A DNA stretch of 64,000 bases, taken from the NCBI RefSeq assembly GCF_009914755.1, contig NC_060926.1. One strand, written 5' to 3'. Origin of the DNA: the human T2T-CHM13v2.0 reference genome, Homo sapiens. The notes below the pieces were generated by a model, which had not been told where the DNA came from, did not search any database, and saw nothing but the letters and a program-made list of their open reading frames with translations. Below, piece by piece: positions 1-14,752 of this stretch. Position 1 is the stretch's first letter; each line of letters starts with the position of its first letter. The position numbers and the translations under genes were made by a program.

Positions 1-229
1 TTGTGATATACACTGTGAACAGAGGGCTGTGTCTTCTTGGGAATGCTGGCTGCCTGCCTGGATAGAATGCCACAAAAGGGTGTTACTGTGCTGAATTTGC
101 CTTGGTACAGGTTTGGCCACAATCTACAAGCTCAGAAACTCCCTCTCATCAGATGTCTAGAGTAGACAAACTCAAAGAGATGGGTACATAGAACTAGAAT
201 CCCACTTTGCTCTTTTTCTAATAAGAAAC

Positions 230-2515
230 TATATTTGTCCATTCTCACACCACTATAAAGAAATAACCTGAGACTGGGTAATTTATAAAGAAAAGAGGTT
301 TAATTGACTCACAGTTCTGCATGGCTGGGGAGGCCTCAGGAAACTTACAGTCATGGTGGATGGCACCTCTTCACAGGGCAGCAGGAGAGAGAATGAGTGC
401 CAACAGGGGAAATGCCAGATGCCTATGAAACCATCAGATCTCATGAGAACTCACTCACTATCATGAGAACAGCATGGGGGAAACTGCCCCCAATATTCAA
501 TTACTTCTCACTGGGCCCATCCCATAACACATGGGGATTATGGGAACTATAAGATGAGATTTGGGTGGGGACATAACCAAACCATATCATTCTGCCCCCT
601 GGCCCCTCCCAAATCTCATGTCCTCACATTTCAATGCATAATCATGCCTTCCCAACAGTCCCCCAAAGTCTTAACTCATTCCAGCATTAACCCAAAAGGC
701 CAAGTCCAAAGTCTTATCTGAGACAAGGCAAGTCCCTTCCACCTATGAGCCTGTAAAATCAAAGCAAGTTAGTTACTTCCAAGATACAATGGGGTTACAG
801 GCATTGGGTAAATATGCATGTTCCAAACAAGATGAATTAGTCAAAACAAAGGGGCTACAGGCCCCATGCAAGTCCAAAATCCAATAGGGTAGTCATTAAA
901 TCTTAAAGTTCCAAAATGATCTCCTTTGACCCCTTGTCTCACATCCAGGTCATGCTGATGCAAGAATTGGGCTCCCATGGCCTTGGGCAGCTCAGTCCCT
1001 ATGGCTGTGGATGGTACAGCCCCACTCTGTGCTGCTTTCACAGGCTGGTGTTGAGTGTCTGTGGGTTTTCCAGGCTTTTCCAGGCACATGGTGCAAGCTG
1101 TTAGTGGATCTACCATTCTGGGGTCTGGAGGACGGTGGCCCTCTTCTCACAGCTCCATTAGGAAGTGCCACAGTGGGGACTCTGTATGGGGGCTCCCACC
1201 CCACATTTCCCTTCCACACTGCCATAGCAGAGGTTCTCCATGAGGACTCTGCTTCTTCAGCAAACTTCTGCCTAGACATACAAGCATTTCCATACATCCT
1301 TGGAAATCTAGGTGAAGATTCCCAAACCCCAACTCTCGACTTCTGTGCCCCCACAGGGCCCAGCACCACATGAAAGCTGCCTAAGTTTAGGACTTGCATC
1401 CTTTGAAGCAATGGCTGAGTTGTACCTTGGCCCCTTTTAGCCATGGCTGGAGCTGAAGCAGATGGGATGCAGGGCACCATATCCTGAGGTTTCACAGAGC
1501 AGGGGGGCCCTGGCTCCAGCCCATAAAACCCTTTTTTCCTCCTAGGCCTCTGGGCCTGTGATGGGAGGGGATGCTGTGAAGGCCTCTGACATGCCCTGGA
1601 GACATTTTCCCCATTATCTTGGTGATTAACATTTGGCTCCTTGTTACTTATGCAAATTTCTGCAGCTGCAACAGGCTTGAATTTCTCCATAGAAAATGGG
1701 TTTTTCTTTTCTGTTGCATTGTCAGGCTGCAGATTTTCCAAACTTTTATTCTCTACTTCCTCTTGAACGCTTTGCTGCTTAGAAATTTCTTCCACCACAT
1801 ACACTAAATCATCTCTCTCAAGTTCAAAGTTCCACAGATCTCCAGGGCAGGGGCAAAATGCCATCAGTCTCTTTGCTAAAGCATAGCAAGAATCACCTTT
1901 GCTCCAGTTCCCAAGAAGTTCCTCATCTCCAACTGAGACCACTTCAGCCTGCACTTCATTGTTCACATCACTATCAGCATTTGGGTCAAAACCATTCAAC
2001 AAGTGTCTCTAGGAAGTTTCAAACTTTCCCACGTTTTCCTTTCTTCTTCCAAGCCCTCCAAACTGTTCCAACCTCTGCCTGTTACCCAGTTCCAAAGTGA
2101 CTTCCACATTTTCAGCTATCTTTACAGAAGTGCCCCGCTATCCGTTACCAATTTACTGTATTAATCTGTTCTCACACTGCTATAAAGAACTGCCTGAGAC
2201 TGGGTAATTTATAAAGAAAAGAGGTTTAATTGACTCACAGTTCTGTATGGCTGGGAGGCCTCAGGAAACTTACAATCATGGCAGAAGACACCTCTTCACA
2301 GGGGTGCAGGAGAGAGAATGAGTGCCAGCAGTGGAAATGTCAGACAATTATAAAACCATCAGATGTTGTGAGAACTCATTATCATGAGAACTGCATGGAG
2401 GAAACTACCCCCATGATTCAATTACTTCTCACCGGTTCCCTCCCATGACATTTGGGGATTATGGGAATTACAATTTAAGATGAGATTTGTGTGGGGACAC
2501 AGTCAAATCATATTA
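230..2515 (-). mobile_element. Full-length THE1 (THE1C-like) MaLR: LTR 230-589, internal 590-2156, LTR 2157-2515
   Basis: Two homologous ~360-bp LTRs (ggcacctcttcacaggg...accatatca type) flank THE1-internal sequence. The 5-bp TSD GAAAC is at 225-229 and 2516-2520. Confidence 0.93.
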
Positions 2516-3039
2516 GAAACATAGGCATAAAACTTTGGAAATATAAATTATTAAAAGCTTTCTCATCGAATCTGAACTTAGAAAATGAATGACTCATAAG
2601 AATTATGTATGTAGTGGCTTCAGGCTCTACTAGCATGCTGAGTCCATGTCCACAACAGAGATCTGACAGAGGACCAGATCCCCTAGGTACTGCTGTAAGG
2701 GGCCACCAGGCTTTGCTCCATGGTCTTAAGGTTTTCCATCCTTGTGGCTGGCGACCTCTACTCTGGTTGTTCTTCCTTTATATATATATTAATACCTTGT
2801 CTCTGATTTCAATCCAGATTTTTGACTAGAAAGAATGTAATCTTTTTCTATCTCCTCTCTGAATCATCCTGTGGTGATTTTATAATACTCAAAGGAAAGC
2901 TTACTTTCTTAATTTCTATATTCTAAAAGGATGCTTTCTGTATCCTCAGGGTATAGTCTATACCCTAGTTCTATGAAAATGATATTATTTTTTCAATGAG
3001 ATACCCACATGCACAGGAAATTAATTTTGGATTTTTTTT

Positions 3040-5660
3040 TCAGTTATCTATTGCTGTGTAATAAACTAAACCAAAATACCATGGCTTAGAACAACAACAA
3101 CATTATTATTTCTTTTTTTTTTTTTTTTTTGAGACAAAATTCTGTTCTTGTCACCCAGGCTGGAGTGCAATGCCGTGATCTAGGCTCACTGTAACTTCTG
3201 CCTCCATGGTTCAAACAATTCTCCTTCCTCAGCCTCCCGAGTAGCTGGGATTACAGGTGCCTGCCACCACGCTGGGCTAATTTTTGTATTTTTAGTAGAG
3301 ACGGGGTTTCACTATGTTGGTCAGGCTGGTCTCGTACTTATGACCTTGTGATCCACCTGCCTCAGTCCCCCAAAGTGCTGGGATTGCAGGTGTGAGCCAC
3401 CACGCCTGGCCCCAAAATTTTATTATTTCTTGTTGTTCTGTGAGTTGTTGGCTTATATGGGTGGTTCCTCTGCTTTATGTGACAATGGCTGGGGCCTCTT
3501 ATTTTTCTGTACTCAGCTGGCAGTTGGGATGGGTTGGAACGTTGAAGAATGCTTCACTCACATGTCTGAGCAATCTTTCTCCTCTGTGTGGCCTCTTCTA
3601 TGACTAGGTTGAACTTCTTCGTAACATGTTGGTCTAAGAGGTCTTTCACAGCAATTGGCTCTCAAGATAGAGGAAGTGAATCCTGCCAGTCCTCTTACAT
3701 CTAAGACTTAGAAAATCACTTCTGACATACTCTGTAGGTCAAGGCAAGTCACAAGGTCAGCTCTTATTTCAGGAGAGGGAGATAGATCTTATCTATTGAT
3801 AGACAGAATGTGTAAAAGCAGGGAAGGTGTTGAGGGTGGCTATCTTGAAAGACTGTCAAACGAAATTTGCCTTCCAGCCACAATATTTCCAATAGGCAAA
3901 ATATTCTCACCCTGTTCCCCAAAAGTTTCATGACATGGCAATATCAGATTGAAATCAAGGTTTCATTATCTAAGTCACGCCCATGTGCAATGAGGCATCT
4001 TGGTGCAGTTTCTCAGGCACAGCTCCTAGGTTGCAATTCCTCATATGCAAAGGCTTTGAATTAAAAGTACAGTTTATCTGCAACCGCACAAACCCAATAT
4101 ACACTGGCAGGTCAGGGGCAGGTAAAGTGTGATGTACAGTCTCGTTCAAACAGTGGGGGCTAGAGGAAGGGGAGGAACATAGAAGTCACTGGTTCGCAGC
4201 AATTCAGAAGTTCAGTTAGACTCATGTCCAGTTCTCCCTACTCTGAGGGCAAAAAAGATTGTTGATAAGGGCTCAATTTTCCTCCCTGGTTTTGATTATC
4301 TGTGGTTCTTGATTTTGCTCTCTAAGCTCTTGAATCTACTCTCCAAATCCTCTTTTCTTTTCTGTAACAAATGACCTGTACCTGTAAGTGAGTAGTTTTC
4401 CTAGCTACTTCCAGCCTTTAAAAGTTTTGGGGCCCAAAGTGTTTTTTCATTTAAATTTTAAACTATCTCTCTCCTGTCTAAACAGTGTTGCCAAGTATTC
4501 TTATAATTTTTGTGGGCTTTCTATGAATGAGATCATACTACATTTCTTTAGATGAAAGACAGAACTACAAATTGCCTTGAGAAAGGCTTCTCTCTACTTA
4601 AGGCTATGGTCAGTGCATTGTGGCACAGTGTTTGTGAGATGCTTTAGAGCCCCAGGTTCAGTACCGTAAATCTTTCAGAGATGTCAACAGGGGCTCTTAT
4701 AGTCAAGCCCTTCATTTGATTTTTACAAGTCCACATTTTACTGGCGGAGTTCTGAATTTGACCTTTGCTCTGAGGCTTGTTTTCATTTTGAAACCTTTTG
4801 CTGCTCAGAAAAGTCTTCATGGCAAACACTGCACTGAAGCTATTTCCTTTCATTTCTGCTTGAGAACTAAGCAGTTCTTTCCTTAGTGCTCTGTCTCCTG
4901 CAATCCTGTATCGTACATAGCTAAAACAGACCAACTCAGTTTCATCTTCTTCCAGAACTCTCCTTCGTTAGGTCCACAGTTTCATGAGGTACATTTCGTA
5001 TATTCTGCATTACGACAGGCAACATCTTGCCAATTTTTCCCCAATATATAACACCATGCTCCCCTTTTCCAGCCTCCAATATCAATTTCCTTAACAGCTT
5101 TAGAGCTTACAGCTGGTCTCCTCACTATCCTTCAGGCCTCTGCTGTCACTGAGTACCAAAACCGGTGTACAAGTTTTAGATTTTTGTTATAGTAGCACCA
5201 TACTTCTGATACCAGTTTTAGGTATGTATAACTGCATAATTTAGAGATGTAAAAAGCAATGATTATATTTGCTCAAAATTCTGTGGGTTAAAATTTCAAC
5301 AGAACACTGTGGGGATGGCTTACCACTGAGCCAAAATGTCTGCTATCTCATCTAAGGTAGCTCAGGCAGATGTGGGGGCCACTGGGACAGCTTTACTGAA
5401 GTTGTATGGCTAGGGTTTCATTTTCATTATTGATTCCATTTCTTGGTTCTTTTCCTCATGGATAGCTTGAGCTTCCTTACAGCATGGTGATCTTCTGAGT
5501 GTTCAGATTTATGACTTAGTGGCTTGTTTTCTTTGGGAGAAAGTGGAAGCTGCCAGAATCAAGGGGAGAAGAAATAGACTCCACTTCTTACTGAATGAGA
5601 ACATATGTAGGTATAGGGAGAAAAAGAATTTATAGATCAATTACTGGAGACTGTCAGCCA
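3040..5660 (-). mobile_element. Ancient MLT1-type MaLR: degenerate LTR (~3040-3860, Alu-interrupted), internal-like segment, second LTR (~5215-5660)
   Basis: MLT1-like motifs (cagttatctattgctgtgtaa, ctgtgggt, aagtcacaaggtcagc, tagactccacttct) occur twice. The junction cttctgataccagttt at ~5203 resembles the MaLR internal/LTR boundary. Boundaries are approximate. Confidence 0.5.
3113..3411 (-). mobile_element. Alu (AluS-like)
   Basis: poly(T) followed by reverse-complement Alu consensus. Confidence 0.95.
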
Positions 5661-7563
5661 GATGTGTTCTGGCTTAGGATTTTCCAAACATTCTTGATCA
5701 TGACCTATAAGAAATGTGTGTGGCTTAGGGAATTTCTATATGCTTAAATATTGTTTCAAGAAGCAAGCTTTAGCTCTTTGCCATGAAAGGTACTTATATT
5801 TTCTAATCTATTCTAATTTATTGTTTTAAAATGCTGGTTACAAACTCTAATTTTATTTTACAACTAGTGGATTGAAATGAACACTTCAAAGAACAGTAGT
5901 TCTGATTAAAGTCCCTTGTTGTATATATAGCAAAAGTGAGTGTAAATAAAAATATACTTCAAAGTAATTTTCCAATGTTCTGCATCCTGACTGAGGCAGA
6001 GAAGGGATTAGAATTATGTCTTCTAGTTTAAGCCAAGACCCTTTCAGTCCCACTTGACTTTTTGACCACACTGTTGAGCCAGTTCCATGCCTTACTTCAT
6101 CTGGTTCCACCAAAATGTTCATCTGAGTTCTCTACTTTCACTGTCGCCAGATCCAGGACTGTAACACAGGTCCTACAACTTTGAACCCGATCCTTTTTGT
6201 ACATGATTACACTTTCTTGTTCCTACTATAAACAGACTAAGGCCATTTGCAACTTCCATTCCTTAACAAACATCTTAATTAAAAAAAAATAGTGGATAGT
6301 ATTGTGGGGCTTGTGACTGTGAAAATAAAAATATCCTTCAGAGTCATGGAGTTGTGAGTTGTGAAAAGAGTTATTGTGAGCACAGTTCTGCTGAAAGTGG
6401 GAAATGTGTCTCTCACCTTCCAGAATCAGCCAGTTCCAGTATCACACAGTGTAGACATTATTTTCCTTCAATGGATTCACATTTTCCTGCTTGAGTTACT
6501 TATTTAAATATAACTCTAAAACATGATAAGCAAAGTTATAGTGCTGCTATGGAAAGGACTGTTTAAAAGGATACTTTATGCCATATACAAAATAATGAAT
6601 TGCATAGCTTTTTCCTTTATGGGTTTCTTTGTTTCAAAGGGTGTGGAATTAAATTTAAGTTTTGAGATTCTCTTAGATATTGTGGTTAGTAAGGAATTCA
6701 TATTTGTTCATTAGTAATATATGGAATCTGGGCTGGATATCTCAAAGAGCCCTTCGTATTCTGGGATTCTGTGGCCACAGTCTTTCTAGGAAGGGACAAG
6801 GCTAACCTCTGTTGTATCTCTTTTTTTCACCTCTTGGGTCAAGAACACCTACAGATACTAAAGCATGGTTTTACATTACACTTTTTTTTTTTAAATAAGG
6901 AAAAAAGTATTTCCTAAAGATAGGTTGACAAGGCACGAGGTGAATTTCCAAAATTAACTGTGAAAGGAAGATCATCTGGGCATGACTGAAAGCCATGTAT
7001 AACCTTTGTGCTCACATAGCTCATTTCAAAAATGTCACTTTCTGCTTATTAAATGCTACTGTCATGATACTATTTTAAGCATTAAACTTGTGTTCTGGAG
7101 CTGAACAGGAATTATTGCTTCTATCTTTGGGCTTATTAGAAATAATTTAAAATTTATTCAGGAGTGATAAAAATCACCTTTTTATTATGGTTGAATTTGG
7201 TTAAATTGAAATTTGCAGTGACATTTTATTGTCTTTTATTAGCAATATTTTAGCATCTATGTATGTAACTCAAGACTATTTTTAAGTACCTTATAAAGAA
7301 GTGGCATTTTAAATAATTTTTTTTTTAATTTTTATGTTCCTAGAATGAGGTTAAGTTGGAATACATTATGGGACAATGTTATCTGAAATTTTGTACTTTT
7401 CTTATATAGATACACTTTTAAAACAGCACCCATGATAGTGGCAGTTGAAACACATTTTCATTGTTATATAAATTATTTACTCAATACTTGCACTAAGGTA
7501 AGACCAGATGATTCATGGAAAATGAAAAGAAAAATTAGTTTATTGGAAACAAATTTGTTTCCT

Positions 7564-7631
7564 CCTCTGACTTACCTCAAAGAACCATGATTTACCTCAA
7601 AGAACCTCTGATTTACCTCGAAGAACCATGA
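7564..7631. repeat. Short tandem repeat, ~20-21-bp unit (tgatttacctcaaagaacc), ~3 copies
   Basis: Direct inspection. Confidence 0.85.
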
Positions 7632-7788
7632 GATTACAAGGACGGATGTCAGGGAATGAAAAGCAGATTTTTTTTTTTTTTAAAAAAAGAAGCCCCTGCC
7701 CCCATATTGAAAGAATGAATCTGTTAATTCATCCTGATCATCTATAATTTACTGAAGAGTCTATTCTCTAAACATCCTCACACCCTCA

Positions 7789-8091
7789 TTTAATTTAATT
7801 TATTATATTTTGAGACAGTCTTGCTCTGTCACCCAGGCTGGAGTACAGTGGTGCCATCTTGGGTCACTGCAACTTCTGCCTCCTGGGTTCAAGCTATTCT
7901 CCTGCCTCAGCCTCTTGAGATACTAGGGATTATAAGTATGCACCACCACGCCTGGCTAATTTTTGTATTTTTAGTAGAGATGGGGTTTCACCATGTTGGC
8001 CAGGCTGGTCTCGAACTCCTGACCTCAAGTAATCCACCTGCCTCCGCCTCCCAAGGTGCTAGGATTACAGGTGTGAGCCATTGCACCCCAC
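7789..8091 (-). mobile_element. Alu (AluS-like)
   Basis: Reverse Alu; TSD-like ctcacacc(c/t)tcattt on both sides. Confidence 0.95.
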
Positions 8092-8694
8092 ACTCACACC
8101 TTCATTTTAAAGTTGGATCAATAATAAGAAAAAGGACTGGAGGGGAAATTGCTTGAACTTTATGAATCTGCCTGCATTAGGCTCTCTTCACCAAGCAGGG
8201 AAGGGAAGAGGGAAGAAGCTTGCCTAGATAAAGAGGGATTCCCTGGGCAAGGCAGGCTAGAGACTAACTTCAGCTTGTGGGCTGAACAAGCAGAGCAGTG
8301 TGATGCAGGGAGTAAGTGTATCAAAACAAACAACAAACAGCAAACATCCAGAAAATGGGTCAGATTTAAGTAGTAAGCGCCTTCCACAAATTAGAAACTG
8401 GAGAGTCAGATCAAGAAGAGTAAGCAGGACAAGCCATGTGGTGGAAGGGTGCTCTTGGCCCATGTATGGGATAAGCATCGCCAGATGTAGCCAGAATGTG
8501 CTCTCTGTGACATAGTTGTAAAAGTTAAGGAGATAAGGGACAGGGAGCAGGAGAAACTTAAGCGGCTTGGAAAGAGTTGTTTAATCGTAAAATAACAAAG
8601 TTAGTTAATGTTTTCCAGTGCCAGAGGATGACATTAAAATGTTCATCGTTCATCTGTAAAGGTCTTTTACATTAGGACTTAATAAATATAATGT

Positions 8695-9154
8695 TGTCTT
8701 AGGTAGCTAAGCTCATTTTGCTGTAAGAAAATTAGAGAGTGGTTTAAATTAGAGAAATTTTCTCACAATTCTTGGGGCTAAACATTCAAAATCAAGATAG
8801 TAGCATGGTCGGTTTCTGATGAGGGCTCTCTACTTGGCTTGTAGACTGATTAGACTGATGCTTTCTCTCTGTTCTCATACGGCATGCACGTGCACGCACA
8901 CACACGCGCGTGCACACACACACAGAGACATGAAGAGACAGAGAGAAGAGAGGGGAGAGAGAGAGAGAGAGAGAGAGAGAACTCTGCTGTCTCTTCTTAT
9001 AATCAATCACATCATGAGGGTCCTACCCTCATGACCTCATCCAAGCCTAATTATCTCCCAAAGGATCTATCTCCAGATACCATCACTTTGGAAGTTAGGG
9101 CTTCAACAGATGAATTTTTTTGTGGAAGAATGGGGACCCAATTCAGTCAATAGC
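8695..9154 (-). mobile_element. MLT1A/B-like MaLR solo LTR with internal (CA)/(CG)/(GA) microsatellite (~8885-8978)
   Basis: Motifs ctcacaattct, gagggctctct, ccctcatgacctcat, accatcac...ttagggcttcaaca, attcagtcaatagca. Confidence 0.75.
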
Positions 9155-11727
9155 AACTGTCAACTCTGATAATCTCACAGGCACCATAAGAGCCATATGT
9201 TATATTTTGTTTCCCGTGTCATACAACATCTATACTTGGTTTGTCATTGAAATTGTTTGTAAATGGATTGTCCAGATTCCTTCTCAATTAGCAGTTGTTC
9301 TACTTAATTCTAAGTATGCTGCACTCTGCAATAGAAACTTCTGTTTCTTAAATCATTTCCTAGATATAGAGGGGCTTTATTTCATTTTTTCTGTTTCTTT
9401 TGGCAAACGAAATGGCATTTGCTCACAATTGGAGTAAATCCAGACATAGCTCTCTTCCATTCCAAAGGCCACCTTCTCATCTGTGTGGGAAAGAGAGAAG
9501 TTGTCACCAGTGTTGTTCATCAACTGTTGCTTCTCTGAATGCCGTGCCATGCCCAGATCTGCCACTGAAAGCCTCACTACCTGAGAATCCCACACTGTAG
9601 CCTCCCATAAATGCAGTGCTGCTACCTAGGCATAGGCTCAGCAGATGCTTAAGTTCTTACCCTGTTATTTCTCTCCATAATCTATGTTGGAGTATCAGAC
9701 TTTAGTGAAGGGTCAAAGATAATGAAAGCAAATTATAATTTAAGAGGGTGAAAATGAAAATATAATTCTAAATATGATTATTTCTGTATGATGAAATTAC
9801 CCATCTCAGGGACACACACTAATTTCTAGCCTTAGGTTAACCCTCCCTTCATAGAGCATCTCTCTCTTCAGTCCTCTGCCCTCAAAGAATTCCCTCAACC
9901 CCAGTCCATTCAATTCCTATAACTCAATATTTGTAGAAAATAGTTTCCCAGAGCCTGCACTTGGTCTACAGTCATTTCTTGCTGTTGAGGGTGGCAGGAA
10001 ACAAGTTCCAGAAGAATAGTCTGGATGAGCTTTGGTTCTTCCAAGTCCTGACCAAAACTTTGTCAACCTTGTTCACTGATTTACAGTTTTACATTATTGG
10101 GGCTCAGACTTTTGTATATAATCTGATGACTTACTAAAAGTATATGAAAATTAATGTACTCAGATTTCAAAACCAGTAAAATATATGCCAAGTTAGGTGG
10201 TACAATTATTGGTTGCTTTAGGTCCCTCCTAAAAAGATTGACTGCATAGTTTTCACCCCATTTTGTCTCTAGGCTTTTCACTTTGGGCATTAAAAGACTT
10301 TACTGCTACAGCCTCCCCCTGGAAAATAACATCTAGTTCTACCCAGTATGGGTTAATGGAAATTCTACACAGATTATGAACCTTCCCCTCAAAAAGCTGT
10401 TTGATTGTAGTGAGTAAAACCATCATCATAGGCACATTGGAACAAAATATTTGAAACAGGGGTGATCTAGAAAGGTGAAATACATAGTCACTGCTAGAAT
10501 ATTTGATTGGTTCCCTGTTGCTGAAGTCTCAGTTGATGGATGGAACAGCCATCTAGCTTATCCTTAAGCACTTTCAGCTCCTTTACCATGTTTTAGTAAA
10601 ACTCTTGTATATAAATTAGGCCAGTTAAAAAAAAAAAAGGAAGACTCAGGTGTTTCCCGATTTGTGCCTTGAGACCCTTCTCTTTAGCTTGTTAGCTCCT
10701 CACAGTCTTACAACTCTAAGTTGTACTGTCAACTCACTATATGCTACTATCTTCTGTAAGCAACCACATTCTGCTACATTGCATAATAAAGATGATCACT
10801 GTAATCATATATCAACACAATGAGATAATGAGATAATAACAAGACTCAAGTACCTTCCTTGCATGCTAAACAACTGAATTTAGTCACAGGCATTTGCCAG
10901 CCTCTTCCGTGCTATTGTATGATGTCAGAAGTTTATGTTCTGTCAATAAAGGGTCTTCCAGCAGGCTGTGCAATACGTTGGTACACATATCTGTTGTGAG
11001 TTTCCAGAAGTTATTCTTGAAACTTACACATCATTCCCTGAGTTATTCTCTTTTAACACTCTTGAGGGCATTCTGATGTGTCAGTGGAACATATCTAATA
11101 AATTCATTCTGAGACAGCATTTGGAATATCATAAGAGATCTTAAGAACAAAAACAGACAAATACACCATAATCAACAATACCTGGAGATTTAAAGATTAA
11201 CTTGTCTAGCCTCATAAGATTTTCACATCAATTTCCCCTGAAATATCAGACCCATCTGTATGGAAGCTATTTATTTGAACCAAGACAGATTTTAAGTCTA
11301 GCAGGCTGAGAAATTTTTATCCTAAATGCAAGCAAGATGTGTTCACCTATAAAAACCACATCAGTAAAACAGTGCAATCTGTATGGTATTTTTGACCAAT
11401 AGTGCTAACAGAGACTTTAGGTTTTTTTTCCTCCTGCATTTCTTTCTCAATTCATGCAGGTTAATTTTCACAAAATTTATGAGTATTTTATCCAGTATGT
11501 TTCATCTGAAAGCTTCTCCTTAGGCATTCTAAAGGAAAGGGGTGAACAGTCCTGGTTTTAATGCATTTATCAGTGTTAGATTATTAATATCAGTTTAAAG
11601 ATGACTATTATTCTGCCATCAGGTTTTCTAAATAAGGGAATGCTTGACTCTTTGGTTGATTTTTACTCTGAAACTCAAACTAAGAATGAAGCTGTCTACC
11701 CCTCTGGCCTAAAGTTTATTGTAGTAA

Positions 11728-12915
<1,188 letters not shown>

Positions 12916-12964
12916 TGAGCCCCAGAGCCCAGTGCCAGGCTTACAACCAGGGTGAAGCCCATTG

Positions 12965-13511
12965 TGTGCAGATAACGCACAGAGTACAGGGTCTTGAGGC
13001 CTTGGAGTTGAAATCTTAGCATGCAAACAAAATGTGTTAGTTCATTTTTGCCATGCTAAACCAAATAGTGTATCCTGAAAGTATTAAAAATGGCAGTCTG
13101 CAAAATATACTATTTCCTATTTAAAAGAAGAGTGATTTTGAAAAATAAGGTATAAAATCTAAATTCTTGCAATGGTCCTGGAAAGTTGAACAGTGAAAAT
13201 AGGGACCACTATGGAATTTTAGGTATGTGCAGATAACGCACGGAGTACGTGGTCTTGGGGCCTTTGAGTTGCAATCTTAACGTGCAAAATGTGTTAATTC
13301 ACTTTTGCCACACTAAGCCAAATAGTGTATCTTGAATGTAAGCTGAAAGAATTAAAAATGACAATCTGCACAATATAACATTTTTAAATAGGAAATGTTA
13401 TATTCCTATTTAAAAGAAGAGTGTTTAAAAAAAAGTACAAAATCTAAGTTCTTACAATGGCCCTGGAAAGTCAAACAGTGAAAACAGAGACCACTATGGA
13501 ATTTTTAGGTA
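12965..13511. repeat. Tandem duplication, copies 12965-13225 (261 bp) and 13226-13511 (286 bp)
   Basis: Both copies run tgtgcagataacgcac...gaccactatggaattttaggta; roughly 85% identical by eye. Confidence 0.95.
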
Positions 13512-13618
13512 AATACCTTGTTTTGGGGGCAGGGAGGTGGGGGGCGGAATTAAACATTCAAACATGCAATTGATAAATGTTAAAACTTGCCTTCATCTTA
13601 TATTAAAACACTTCTTGA

Positions 13619-13928
13619 GGCCAGGCATGGTGGCTCGCGCCTGTAATCCCAGCACTTTGGGAGGCCGAGGCGGTCAGATCACGAGGCCAGGCGATCAAGA
13701 CCATCCTGGTTAACACTGTGAAACCCCATCTCTACTAAAAATACAAAGAAAATTAGCCGGGTGTGGTGGCGGGCACCTTTAGTCCCAGCTACGCGGGAGG
13801 CTGAGGCAGGAGAATGGCGCGAACCCGGGAGGCAGAGCTTGTAGTGAGCCCAGATCATGCCACTGCTCTCCAGCCTGGGCGATAGAGCAAGACTCTGTCT
13901 CAAAAACAAAAAACAAACAAAAAAAAAA
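13619..13928 (+). mobile_element. Alu (AluY-like)
   Basis: gatcacgagg, accatcctgg-taaca and ggagaatggcg diagnostic motifs; TSD-like aaaa(c/a)(a/c)cttcttga. Confidence 0.93.
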
Positions 13929-14752
13929 CCTTCTTGAGCAAATTCCCATTAGAAAACCTGTGTTGGAAAGAAAGCAGTTTGATTAGAACTTAGAATCTTC
14001 TTTGACATACAAAATGATTCTGTCTGTATACTTCATGTTCTTGTATTTTTACCATTACTATAAATGAACATAGACCCATTATTTTCCTTTTAAAAGCCAT
14101 GGTGATTTTACATCTTATTTCTATGATACTCTTCCTAGATCCATCAATATATAACTTACAGAAAAGTCACTAAGGTGGTGAACATTACTTTTACTACTGA
14201 ATTTCAAAGACCAGGAAATTTATCTATCTGAATGACTAACACCTTTATGAGTATTAAATCAATTCACAAGTATATAGTAAAGTCAAAACAGACCCAGATT
14301 AGTTTTTTCTATGTCCATTTCATTAAATTACATTTCTTTCTCTTATTTAAAAATGCCGTAGGCACCTAAGCTGATAATTAATCACTTACATCTCAAGTAA
14401 TCCCTCCATGTGATTTTTTATTTATCTATTCATACACTCATACTGAGAACTTTCCTTAAAGGAAAAGAAACTCTCAATACTTTTGATGATGAAAATGACA
14501 ATGGCATTTTTTAGATAACTAATATTCCTTGGTAGTTACAAGCCACTAATTCTTTTTTTCCCTTTACCCAGAGACTTATGAAAATGTTAGCTACTTCAAT
14601 AATTGCCCCCAAAACATTTTAATTACCTAAGTGAAAGGCAGACATTTCTAATATATTAGGCATGTCTGGAGTTATATGCTTGCATATGTACATACATACA
14701 TAAAATTATTTTAAGAATTGAATTTAAAACTAGGAACAATCTATTTCTAGAG

